Assembly (NCBI GenBank): GCA_964304625.1
Contig: OZ199838.1
Coordinates: 16,971,469-17,035,468, forward strand
Reading direction: 5' to 3'
Length of the DNA stretch: 64,000 nt
Source: Kudoa neothunni
Lineage: Eukaryota; Animalia; Cnidaria
In this document: positions 53,614 to 64,000 of the stretch, in pieces
How the letters are laid out: the number at the start of each line of letters is the position of its first letter
How positions within the stretch are numbered: position 1 is the first letter of the stretch
Notes under the pieces: generated by a model
What the model was told of the DNA's origin: nothing
What the model saw: only the letters and a program-made list of their open reading frames with translations
The model's database searches: none
Position numbers and translations under genes: made by a program

Positions 53614-55168
53614 ACAGGCTGCATTTTCACGTTCATATAGCATGGTGAACCTACAAAAGTCGATGGCAAAGTATACAACCGTCCCGCCCCATTTATTTCA
53701 CCGTTGCTACTAATACTATCAATTAAATTGATGTAAGAATCAACACGAAGTCTATATTGTTTCGCTCTGATAAAACAAAGTCTCTCTGATTCCATCTTCA
53801 CAAACATATCTACAGCATATTGTTGGAATAATGTCCAAAAGTGATGAAGCATGTTAAAACTATTTTCCCCTTCCATAAAATGTAGAGAATAGAAATTCTG
53901 ACATGAAACACTTTTGTTTGCGTCAATCTGTAGAATATGAAAATGGTAACCATCTTGATCATAGACATTAGTTAATGGATATTGCAAAACATAATGCGAT
54001 CTGTATGTTTCGCTTATTCTTTATATTCTGTTATCCTTATTCCTCAAAACAATATCCTTCGTACAATGCTGCTCATCCGACATTGCGATGGCCACCTCAT
54101 TTCAAGTTGAAGAGTTGTATTTTCTCTCATTTTCTCCCTGTGGAAGCTTATCAGAGTTTATAATTATATCAAAATCAGAAGACGGGTGCATTTCTAAGTC
54201 ATGCCTAAAACTGTGGATGTAGCTAGTGTGTCTGTGTAACATACATATCTTGAAGCGCTAAAATAATATTATGCCTATGCTAGAGATACATATTGGATCG
54301 ATTTTGAGCTTGAAAATACATGTTTTGTACGAAATATAATCGCAAGAATTTCGTTCCTCATTTTCAGAAGTCAATAGCGATTCAATTCGATGACACATTC
54401 GACCGTGAACCTTAAAAGTAAAGTAGGCATGAATCTGTTCCTACAAATTACGTTCGCTCCAAAAGATGTCATCTGGAAAGTGCAGTTGTATTTTCGGATA
54501 TTTTGTAGAAAGTGTCTTGAAATTCCGGAGTCTTCATAGAAAATGAGATGAATCAGGTAGTGTGTCCAAAATAACATTACCGCCGGAACAACACATACCC
54601 GAAAATTCGTTTATCCACTTCTTAGCGCGGCATTTTGGACAAATTTTCGACATTTTCCAAATTGTAATATTCGTTTCATTTTCATGTTGTAGCAAAGGTC
54701 GTAATGCAAAGCGACCATATTCCAAGTATCATCAGGCATACTTCGCGTTTGTTGACCTAATAGAACAGGAGTGTAATAAGGTTCAGGTACAAATTTACTG
54801 TCTAATCCTGTGTTGTGTTCATTTATAGGTGACACTGCAGGACTCTGTTGAGTCGTCTCACATACACGTCGATTTCTATTTCTTACTCTATTTGCTTCTC
54901 GTCTTCGTTCTCTTTGCTCGTCGGCAATTACGTTGTGAGTGTTGGTGTGACTCCTGAGAAGAAATAGAAGCAAGTGGATTTCGATTTGAAATATGCATTC
55001 ACTGTGATTCTAAATCACACTCAGGCCATATTGTTGTTTCCACAACTCTCCTCTCTTGTATTCGCCTAGTTCGTCGTAGCGATGAATGATTCGATGAATT
55101 GTGCATACATATTGTCCGTCCATGTGAACAGTCTAATCGAAAGCAGGGTTGAGTGTGCGATGTCTTGG

Positions 55169-55298
55169 TGTTATTAATTTGATGTAGCGCTGTAGAAAAA
55201 CACACTGTTTATGATGATAACGGATAAAATGCCGCTTAGATGGATTATCCATTGTTTATTATATTGCAATGTTAAATAACATATGCAAATCCGTCACA
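55169..55298 (-). repeat. 3' LTR of BEL/Pao element
   Basis: TG...CA, 4 mismatches in 130 bp against 60519-60648. Confidence 0.96.
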
Positions 55299-58200
55299 CT
55301 CCCCCAAATTAAGTTCAGAATCCATCAATTTCTAAGGGGTAGAGTTGAGCCAAAGATCTCTTAGATGTCTTTCGGTTACCAAACTTAATCATCGCCGACC
55401 TTATTTGATTATCATGACCCTTTAGCAACTGTATGACTCTAGCAATTTTCTAGTTAAGCTTTGAGTCCTGGTCATGCACCAGAACGATATCGCCAACTTT
55501 AGGTGTCAGTTCACTAGGCGATTCAGTAATCAACCGGTTGTTGTATCTTTCTTTCAAACTCAATAGGTATTCTCTTCTCCAATGATTATTGAATACTGAA
55601 AGTAATTTTTGACCCTTTTTCCAATGATTGATAATTTGTTCCTTCCTTAGATCCATTTGAAATGTTTCCAAATCATCCTCAGGCTTTAAGGTATAAGGAT
55701 CACGTCGTGGATTCAGTATCAGAAAATCATTAGGTGTGATGGGGCGAATAACGGAATCAGCATCAACATAGGTTAATGGTCGATTATTCACCACATTTTC
55801 CATTTCGAATAAAAATGTCGACAGATGAGATAAGCTAAGTATCTTCTTTTTGGTGGTATATTGAAAACAGTTTTTGACAATTTTGATTAATCTCTCATAT
55901 ACGCCTCCCTTCCAAGGAGCAAACGCTGGTGTGAATTTCCATACTACATCATTATTAGTGAGAAAATCTTTTATTATGGATTCAGCCAGTCCGAATTGTG
56001 TTGCGTTATCCGATAAAATTTCTAGCGGTCTCCCTCTTCGAGCGATAAACCTACGATGACACATCAAGAACTCTTCAGCGGATAAATTGTGAATGATTTC
56101 GAGGTGTATTGCCCTTACAGCTAAACATGTGTAAAGTAAAGGCAGATCCAGACCTTTTCATTATCTGATCCGATCATTACCCCAATTGGGCCAAAATAGT
56201 CCAGGCCAACATGAGTGAATGCAGGAGATACGTTAACTCTAGAGACAGGAAACGGTGGAACATTGTAAGGTTTACTCTTTAGTATTTTGCATTGATGACA
56301 TTTTCTAATGAATTTTTTAACTTGAGATCGCCCTTTAGGTATCCAGTATTGCGATTGAACCACTGAAAGCGTATAAGATACACCACCATGAATCGCTCTA
56401 AGATGAGCATCCATGATAATGAGTTTCGTGTATTTTGTTGGTCTTGGTAACAATTTAGGATTAATTTCATCATATGCAAGTTGGGCAAAATCAAGTCGAC
56501 CAGCACATCTGACTAGATCATTTTTGTCGAAAAAAAGTCGTGGTAAGTTGTTGATTTTCACAGGTTCTCCATTTTTAACTGATTCGTATATATCATGAAG
56601 ATGGCTTTTTTGAATCCACAAGTCCCACATCATTCTAGCTCTTTCTAATTCTCGAGCCGTAAGACATCCATTTATTTTGATGTTTTCTCTAGTGTTATAA
56701 CAAAAACGATTACACCGCGCGGTAACCCGTAGTAGCTTAAGTAGACTAGTAAAATTTTCAATTTCAATAGAGAATGGACTTTGTATTAAGTGATTATTTG
56801 AATCTTGAACAACCAATGTTTTTATTTGCGTAGATTCATGCTTTGCTAATTCGACCAGCGCTTCATTAGGAATATTAAGGTTATCTACAGCATGCATAGA
56901 CTTCCCATAACGATTCATCCGATTGTAGCCAAGTCGGGCCATTCCACCATAAAGAGCTTTCAGACAGTTCAGATACGAGCATTCCTCTTGTAGGTATATC
57001 CGCTGGGTTTTCAGCAGTAGGTACATATTTGATTGTTATATCCAAATTGCATTTGAGTTCATTTATTCTATTTTTGACGAATATCGATAAGTTCTTTTTT
57101 GAATAATACCAATACATAACGCATTTGGAGTCCACAAAGAGCATACATTTTGATATATCAATTAACAATTGGCTCTTAACAAAATGCAAGGAACTGCCAG
57201 CGATAATAGCTCCCATCAATTCGAGATTCGAGTCTTGGTATGGATAGCTTTTTCATTGGAGATATTCTAGCCTTGGCAAAAACTAACTTGGAATACCATG
57301 AACCAGACTTTTTGTAGCAAATGTACACACAGCAGGCATAAGCATTCATGGACGCATCAGAAAAGGAGATTCGTTGAGGTTCCTCAGAACCCTGAATATC
57401 AATGAAGCGTTGAATTTCAAGTTTTTCGATGCCAGTAATATCATTCATTATTTTATCTATTTCACTTTTGGCTTCGTCACCAATATAATCGTCCCAATTT
57501 TTTGATTCCATCCATAAATTCTTCAGAAGTATTTTGCCCTTCAACATCGTTGGACAAAAAAATCCGAGTGGATCGAATACTTTGGATCATTGTTTTTGTC
57601 ACATCTCGTTTGGACATCGCAGAATTGGTGCCGAAACCTCCAATTCTCAGGCTGTCAGATTTTGTATTCCAGATTAAGCCTAAGACATTTATCTGTGTTG
57701 ATTGAAGTTTCTCGTTGGTTGGAAATAATTTGTTAAATTCATTGCAATTCGAGCTCTATTCCAACAGATTCATTGAGCATTTTTTGAAAATACTTATCAT
57801 TTCTTCTCGAGCAGTCATCACTTCCTCAATAGTATCTAATCCAATTATGAAATTGTCCATGTAAACGTTCGATAAAATTTTTCGGCATAGTTTTGAATTT
57901 GAACTTTCCAAGTGATGTTTTATAGTCGAACAAAGAATAAATGGAGATGCCTTTATTCCAAATGGAACTCTTTTAAATCGATATATCAAAACATTGTTTT
58001 TAGAAATGCCATTGTTCAAATTTTTGATACATAAGAATCTCGTCAGGTCTCTATCACTTTCTTGAACACCGATTTGCAGAAACGCTTTCTCAATATCGCA
58101 TAAAACTATAAATCTTTTGAATCGCATACGTAGTAGAATCCCGGTAAGATCATTCAACAGCATAGGTCCATCCAGTAAACAATCATTAAAACTTTTCGAA

Positions 58201-60518
58201 AGCTTATTTGATTTATACTATGCATTAAATACAATGCGACTTTTTGTCATTGGTTTGTTTGTTGGAGTTACCATATGATGAGGTAAGTAGTGACATCCCT
58301 TTAAACTTGGTTGATTTTCGTTGACTATTTCTATTATCTCATTTTCCAGTTGATCACAGATTATATCACAATAAATTTTATATAATTCTTCAGAATTCAA
58401 TAGTTTCTTCGTTAAATTTGCTAATTGAGCCGGGCAGTTGAAATAATTATGTGGCAATTTTGAAATATCAGCATTAAATGGCCATTTGATATGATATCGA
58501 TTATTTTGGAATTTTAATGTACTTTTAAAATGTTTAATAGAAATCGTATGTTCTTCGTCAAGTGGGTCATCCGTTATACCGATCGAGTCCAATTTCCAAA
58601 GTTTTGAAACCTCTGTTTGGAAAGGTTCCACGCTGCTTACATCTGTTATAGGAGAAAGGTTTTTGTCGAGAGGATAATCACAGAAGAATACACAAGATGG
58701 ATCATCGTGTACACTCACAACCATGTTCCCAGTTGGTATAATGCCAAAAATTGTTTTTATTAGATTGATAGGTCCAGTAGATGGATCAAGCTTAGAAACG
58801 AAGATTCTCCAGAAGTAGTTAGATCCAACTAGCAAGTCTATTCAAGCATTAGAATAGGGTGAGATTCCATCGGCGAATTTCTCCGTGCACGATATATTTT
58901 TGACAATATTATCAAGTAAGGGGACTTGAATTTTTGAGGAAATCATCGGGACAGTTCTAACCATTAATTTAAATATCTTTTCATTAGGTTTGTTAATGCA
59001 AATCCATGCAGTTGAAGAATTCAAAGATCTAGGTGAGGAGGATCCGAAAGTTGAGACCGTGACTTTTCCTTTTGATATGGGTTTTAGTTCCAGTTTTTTA
59101 AATATCTTCTCTCACGTAACTAGAAGCACTACCAGTATCTAAAATAATGTTAGCATCAGCAACATGATGGGTATCGTATGGACTGACAAGTGTCGCTCTA
59201 AATGTGGGAATGAGTGCAGAGTTGATTTCTTGGTTAGGTCCAGAAGAATATAATTGAACGTTACAATTATCGTTCATTGAATTACCAATATCGCAAGGTT
59301 GAATATCCTCAGAGTCATTTTTTTGAGCTATAAGAACCTTCTCTGAATGAGTTTGGAATTTTTTCGGGCAAAGGCTACGATGATGATTCAATGATTGACA
59401 ATGATAACACGCGTTATTATGATAGCAATTTCTTGACTTGTGAAATTTCAGGCATTTGATACATTTTTCTCCAAGTTTTTTAGATCTCTCCTTTGTTGAG
59501 ATATACTTTCTGCAATCATCACTGTAATGATGGCCATTGCAGAAAGCACATTTCAAGCCTTTTGGTAACCGGCTGATGAAATTAGAGTTTGTTAACGTTT
59601 TATTAAAGGGTTTGAATGAAGTCACATTGGTTGTTTCCAAGAGTTCAAGAGACCAATTGTTATTCACTTTGGATTCTTCCAATTTCAATCGAAAGAATTT
59701 CGACAGTTTTGATATTTGATAGCTGGAACGGAATCATGTATGTTTCCGACATAGACAGATCTAGCAATTTAATTCTTTTTACAGACGTAAAAATGAAATA
59801 AAATACACGACGCAGATCCGTAGTGGAGTTGGAAATAATATTCATATTCCCTAATTTTTCATACAAATTTCTGACTAGGTCTCCTTTTTATCATATCTCT
59901 TCTGAAGGATCTCCACTGCGGTTATGTAATCCATGTGTTTCCGCGGGCATATCATTCAGCATTTTCTTTGGTTCGCCGAATAAGGTAGACTTCAGGTACA
60001 ATAATTTGGTGTAATCTCTCAAATTATTGTCATTTCCAATTAAGGATTGGAAATTCTCCCAATATTAAGGCCACCTTTCCAACGAACCACCAAAGTTCTC
60101 GAGTTTGATTGGCGGAAGACGTACGTTAGAGTTGCAGGTTCTGGTAGAGGTTAGAACCTCATTTTGCTCTAAGCTATATTGTTCGGCTTTGTTGTAAACA
60201 GACTTATAATAGATTTCTTGATCATTTGATATGATTTCTTCGGCATCTTTTAACAGAAGTTCGACGTCCACAATAATGTTACTACAATCGGTGAAATCGT
60301 TTGTATTTCCACCATTAACGAAGTTTATGACGTATTCCTTATACAGATTCAGAAGACATGCAAGTTTTTTCTTAGTTTTACAGAGTTCAGCAATGTCTAT
60401 ATTTCCGTCCAGTCCATGTGAGACTGGAGCTGCTTCGATAACAAGTTAATTTTCGTCTCAATCGCAGACAGCAGCGTTATTACAGAATTTCCGAGTGTAT
60501 TGTCCGCATCGGGTGCCA

Positions 60519-60648
60519 TGTTATTAATTTAATGTAACGCTGTAGAAAAACACACTGTTCATGATGATAACAGATAAAATGCCGCTTAGATGGATTATCC
60601 ATTGTTTATTATATTGCAATGTTAAATAACATATGCAAATCCGTCACA
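60519..60648 (-). repeat. 5' LTR of BEL/Pao element
   Basis: TG...CA, followed on the minus strand by a TGG-starting primer binding site. Confidence 0.96.
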
Positions 60649-60940
60649 CTTGGTGTGTATAGGCAAAATATGGTTGACTCTATAAAAAATTAGGGATGCG
60701 ATCGAATGATATAGTTTACTTGCCAACAACTTATTCATAAACAAATGTTTAGAGGGAGACAAGAAGAAATTTCCATTGCATAATATTAGAGTGTCAGACG
60801 CAGAACATCAATATTAAAGTGATTGGGGGTGGAAGATTTTAGGCGAAATAATAAAGAATTAATTCAATTAATCGATTGATAAAAAATTATGGAGTCATGA
60901 GATGCAAACGTTATTTAAACTTTCAACGTACTTTATTAAA

Positions 60941-61738
60941 TTTAATATATATATATATAAAGTAGTAGTGTCTGTGTGTGCATTAATCTTCTCTTCATAC
61001 AGAGACTTTTTAGACTATTTGAGTTTCTTAGTATACTTTAAAAAAAATACCAAGAGGTTGCCTACTTTCTTATAAAGTGGTTAATTTGTAGTGTAAACTT
61101 TTTTCAAACAGATTAGCGCTGATGACAATGAGATTACCACTGCACATGATACGCTATAATGTTCAATGATATTCGTAGATAACTCTAATTTTCTGTATTT
61201 ATATACAACTGAAACTTTGAAAGTTTACTCTTTTCTACTTTTGAACGTACTTAAGACGAATTACAACATTTGTTCGTGCGTGGGCGGGGTTTCTGTGCAA
61301 ACAAAGATTTGTTGCTTAAACGGGAAATTAATAAATCAATACGCTTGAATATATTATTCACTTTGCACGTTTAGTTAAAGATAAAAAGTTATATTTTTTT
61401 AAATAAACATAAAATTATGTTAGAACGTTATGATTAAGTAAAACATTGTTAACAAACTTTTAGATTAGTTAGTTCATCGGTTCATCGACGGGTTGGGTAA
61501 AACGATTAATACGCCTCATGATTTGTAAGAACTTATGATTTCTAAATGAAAATAAAGTCTGATGACGAAGAAAGTGATGATGATCGGTCATTGCTGTTTA
61601 TTTCGATTATGGCTGTTCTAGAAAGGTCGATAAGATAATTATAATTGACTTTGAACTTAAAATGACCTTCGCCCGCTCACGGCTTTTATCAGGGTGGCCG
61701 GGCAAGGAAACCAAAGCGAAGCGGGGTTTTTGCGCTAG
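60941..61738 (+). mobile_element. Non-autonomous Helitron a
   Basis: 5' (TA)nAAG plus GT-rich tract. 3' GC-rich imperfect hairpin followed by CTAG|T. Confidence 0.6.
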
Positions 61739-61740
61739 TA

Positions 61741-62837
61741 TGTATATATATAAAGGAGGACTGTCGGTATGTTTGTGTGTGTATGCCCCTAAGTACGCAA
61801 GTGCGGATAACTTTTTCCCTAAAGAGATAGTCATATATAAAATTTTTATAAATTTGTGATATTTAAAAAATCGTTTAATTGTTTTCGGACTACTAAAGTT
61901 TCCAAATGGTATTTATGAAATAGTGATTTTGTCGATTTAAAGTTGTTTATCGTATTACATGAGTTCAACTATAGGATTATCGTTTGCTTACGTTATGGTG
62001 ATGGTCGGTTGAAGTTAACTATCTCCCTTATATACTCTATCATATGTTAATTGAATGATGCCATCTGTCTTTACATATAAGATTTATGCGTTTATTTTAT
62101 TGTTTTGCACAAATAAATTCCTTATATCGGGAGTTTTAATGTAATTGACTTGATAAGCACATTCTGAAGGCTCTATCAATGGATTTAGATATGAAAAAAT
62201 GTCAATATTTGCATTATTATTTAGTTGGTTATATGTGTTATAATCAGATAGATTGAAGCACTATAACGCAAGTGTTGTGTCCGTAGATTTCATTGAAACC
62301 GTCCGTTATGTTGAACTTTCAGTGATTCAATTAAGTGCAGATGGTTATTTCATCCGATTATTTTAATTATTTGTTATAAAAAGCGCATTAGAATTTTTGC
62401 GGAACAAAGGATATTAATTTTAGCAATATCAATTAATTTTCATACGTTTTCTTCTATCTCTATTACTTTCTCCATTTTTTTATCTCTTAAAAAGTTAATG
62501 GTACACGCAGTTATCGAACGGGCCACAATTCAACTTTTAAAAATCCTCCGGCCAAAAAATAACGTTTTACATAACCTTAAACGGGATTTAAACAATTCAG
62601 GAATGAAAAAAATACGATGCTGACCTTAACTTATTTAGCGTTAGTGCCGAGCCACGAAATCTTAAATGAACATAATTTAAACTTCATAATCAAAATCGTT
62701 AAAGTATATTGCTTAAATTTTTTTATTTATTTTGCATCTATGGGTTAATTTTAGGTTTTAATATATTTTTCGAATATTGTTAAGAAACGCGTATCTATGC
62801 GAAATCTTCCCCAAGCAACGCTGGGCAGTTTCGCTAG
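61741..62837 (+). mobile_element. Non-autonomous Helitron b
   Basis: 5' TGTATATATATAAAG plus GT-rich tract. 3' hairpin CCCAAGCAACGCTGGG followed by CTAG|T. Confidence 0.65.
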
Positions 62838-63695
62838 TTAATAGTTAATTTCTACATTTATTATCAAAAAAACGCTTATTATAGATATATATATATATAT
62901 ATATATTTTATTTAATGTAATTTAATAAGTATAAAAATACTGGAGATAATTTATTTTATTTTATAAATTTTTGTACTTGTTTTTTATTTTTTAAAAGAAA
63001 ATTTTTTGTCCACTAAAATTGTTTCAATTTATTTTGTAAAGTTAGGTTATTTTTAATTTTTAGGTTTTATATTGTTCAGTGTGTTGAACAAATTAATATT
63101 TATTTATCTCCCATATAAGAAATTAATTTGTCTGTAATAATATCAATAATACAAAAATACACAAAATCTATATTATGAATAACATGCCTGTTAATTATTA
63201 TATAGGGTTTCTCAATTGAACTCGGCGCCATTTTGGTTCCAACAATAGTTCATATTTGAACATTAATGATATTTTTAGTAAACGTTTATTAGTTATTCCC
63301 GTAAAAAAAAATAAATAAATATCAATGGAAAACACACAATATATTACATGTTAAAAACAAGCTTAATTCGATTTCCCCAACAAATTTTTGTGTAACCTTT
63401 AATAGGTACCATATAATAATTCCTCTTTAAAATTTATTTTTAAGAAAATTATATCATAGAAAGAACCAATGTAATATCAACCTTAGACTCAGGAACAAAA
63501 GACCTCGTATAATAAATACGATCAAAAGATCGAGGCAGCGCATTAAAAATATGGTAAACTGAATATGTTTCTTTCGTATCTCAGATAATGGTCTTATCAT
63601 CAGAATTCTCTAATTCTGTCAACCACGTGTGACGTTTTCTGACCGAACTCATTGGTTACTAAAATTGCGTTGTCGCAAAGAAATTTCATAGTGCA

Positions 63696-64000
63696 ATGAA
63701 TCCAGAAGAGAGAAATAACAATTTAATTGAATCTGATGGTTCTATTTCCGATGACAATGAATTTCTAATTATTTTGGAGCCTAAGAAACGAGTTCAACGG
63801 AAAACAATATCGTCTGAACTGAGAAAGCAAATGTTCAACTTTTTTGAAAAGGGGAGGAGTGATACCTATATTGCATCGGAGATGCGTCTGCCTGGGTCTA
63901 CTGTCTGGTCTATTTTATCCAAATTCAGGATGAGTAGAACTCTTGAACCGAAACCTAGAGGCGGAAATAGACGACCTGTTCTTTCTCCCGAACAGAAGGA
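63696..64000 (+). mobile_element. 5' part of a Tc1/IS630-family transposase ORF, runs off the window
   Basis: Open frame from ATG 63696: ...KTISSELRKQMFNFFEKGRSDTYIASEMRLPGSTVWSILSKF...PRGGNRRPVLSPEQK, a paired-like HTH followed by a GRPR-like linker. Confidence 0.75.

Larger units (their letters stand above)
55169..60648 (-). mobile_element. Full-length but defective BEL/Pao LTR retrotransposon (5480 bp)
   Basis: 130-bp LTRs, perfect TSD CTTGG, PBS-like TGGCACCCGATGCGG, PPT TTTGGGGGAG. Three Gag Cys/His knuckles, protease LDTGS, RT (YLPHH, DIEKAF, YMDN), RNase H (FSDAS..AY), integrase (GLDYFGP, SDNATQF, PWKGGVYER), in PR-RT-RH-IN order. Confidence 0.97.
50337..60733 (-). mobile_element. Decayed autonomous Helitron copy 2 (Rep + PIF1 helicase), host to two LTR insertions
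   Basis: Rep motifs PDLFITFTCNP, RGLPHAHILVW (HUH), KYICKYVNKG. Helicase motifs IIWDECT, FGG...LSGDF, KTQGET, FSHEQLYVANSRV, NIVY. Many stops and frameshifts. True termini uncertain. Confidence 0.92.

Noticed and set aside
1-64000. CRISPR arrays, rRNA/tRNA genes, prokaryotic operons
   Set aside because: No repeat-spacer arrays or RNA-gene structure seen. Spliceosomal introns and the TE repertoire indicate eukaryotic nuclear DNA.

Overview
AT-rich eukaryotic DNA, largely decayed transposable elements: pogo/Tigger, Merlin, MULE, hAT, Tc1-like, Helitron, and a full-length BEL/Pao LTR element nested in a Helitron. Introns are very short (mostly 30-70 nt), which suggests a compact, possibly parasitic lineage such as a myxozoan, but the organism cannot be identified from the sequence. 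Four host loci could be reconstructed by hand. Two are convergent paralogues encoding ~1280-aa type I membrane proteins (15305-19185 +, 47882-43995 -). Both have a signal-peptide intron in the same phase, a Cys-containing head, a long helical/coiled-coil stalk, a TM helix and an almost invariant di-tyrosine tail (EIYxKCENIYIKA). Between them is an intact 11-exon, 456-aa CD39/GDA1-family NTPDase homologue (23653-25516 +) that keeps the CD39 cysteine scaffold but has lost all five apyrase-conserved motifs, a candidate pseudo-enzyme. The fourth is a decayed copy of the meiotic gene MND1 (~8986-9669 -). Two inverted Helitron copies share a ~1 kb tract of ~99% identity inside much more divergent flanks, and they bracket the second surface-protein gene. 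All alignments and counts were made by eye against recalled family motifs; no searches were run.
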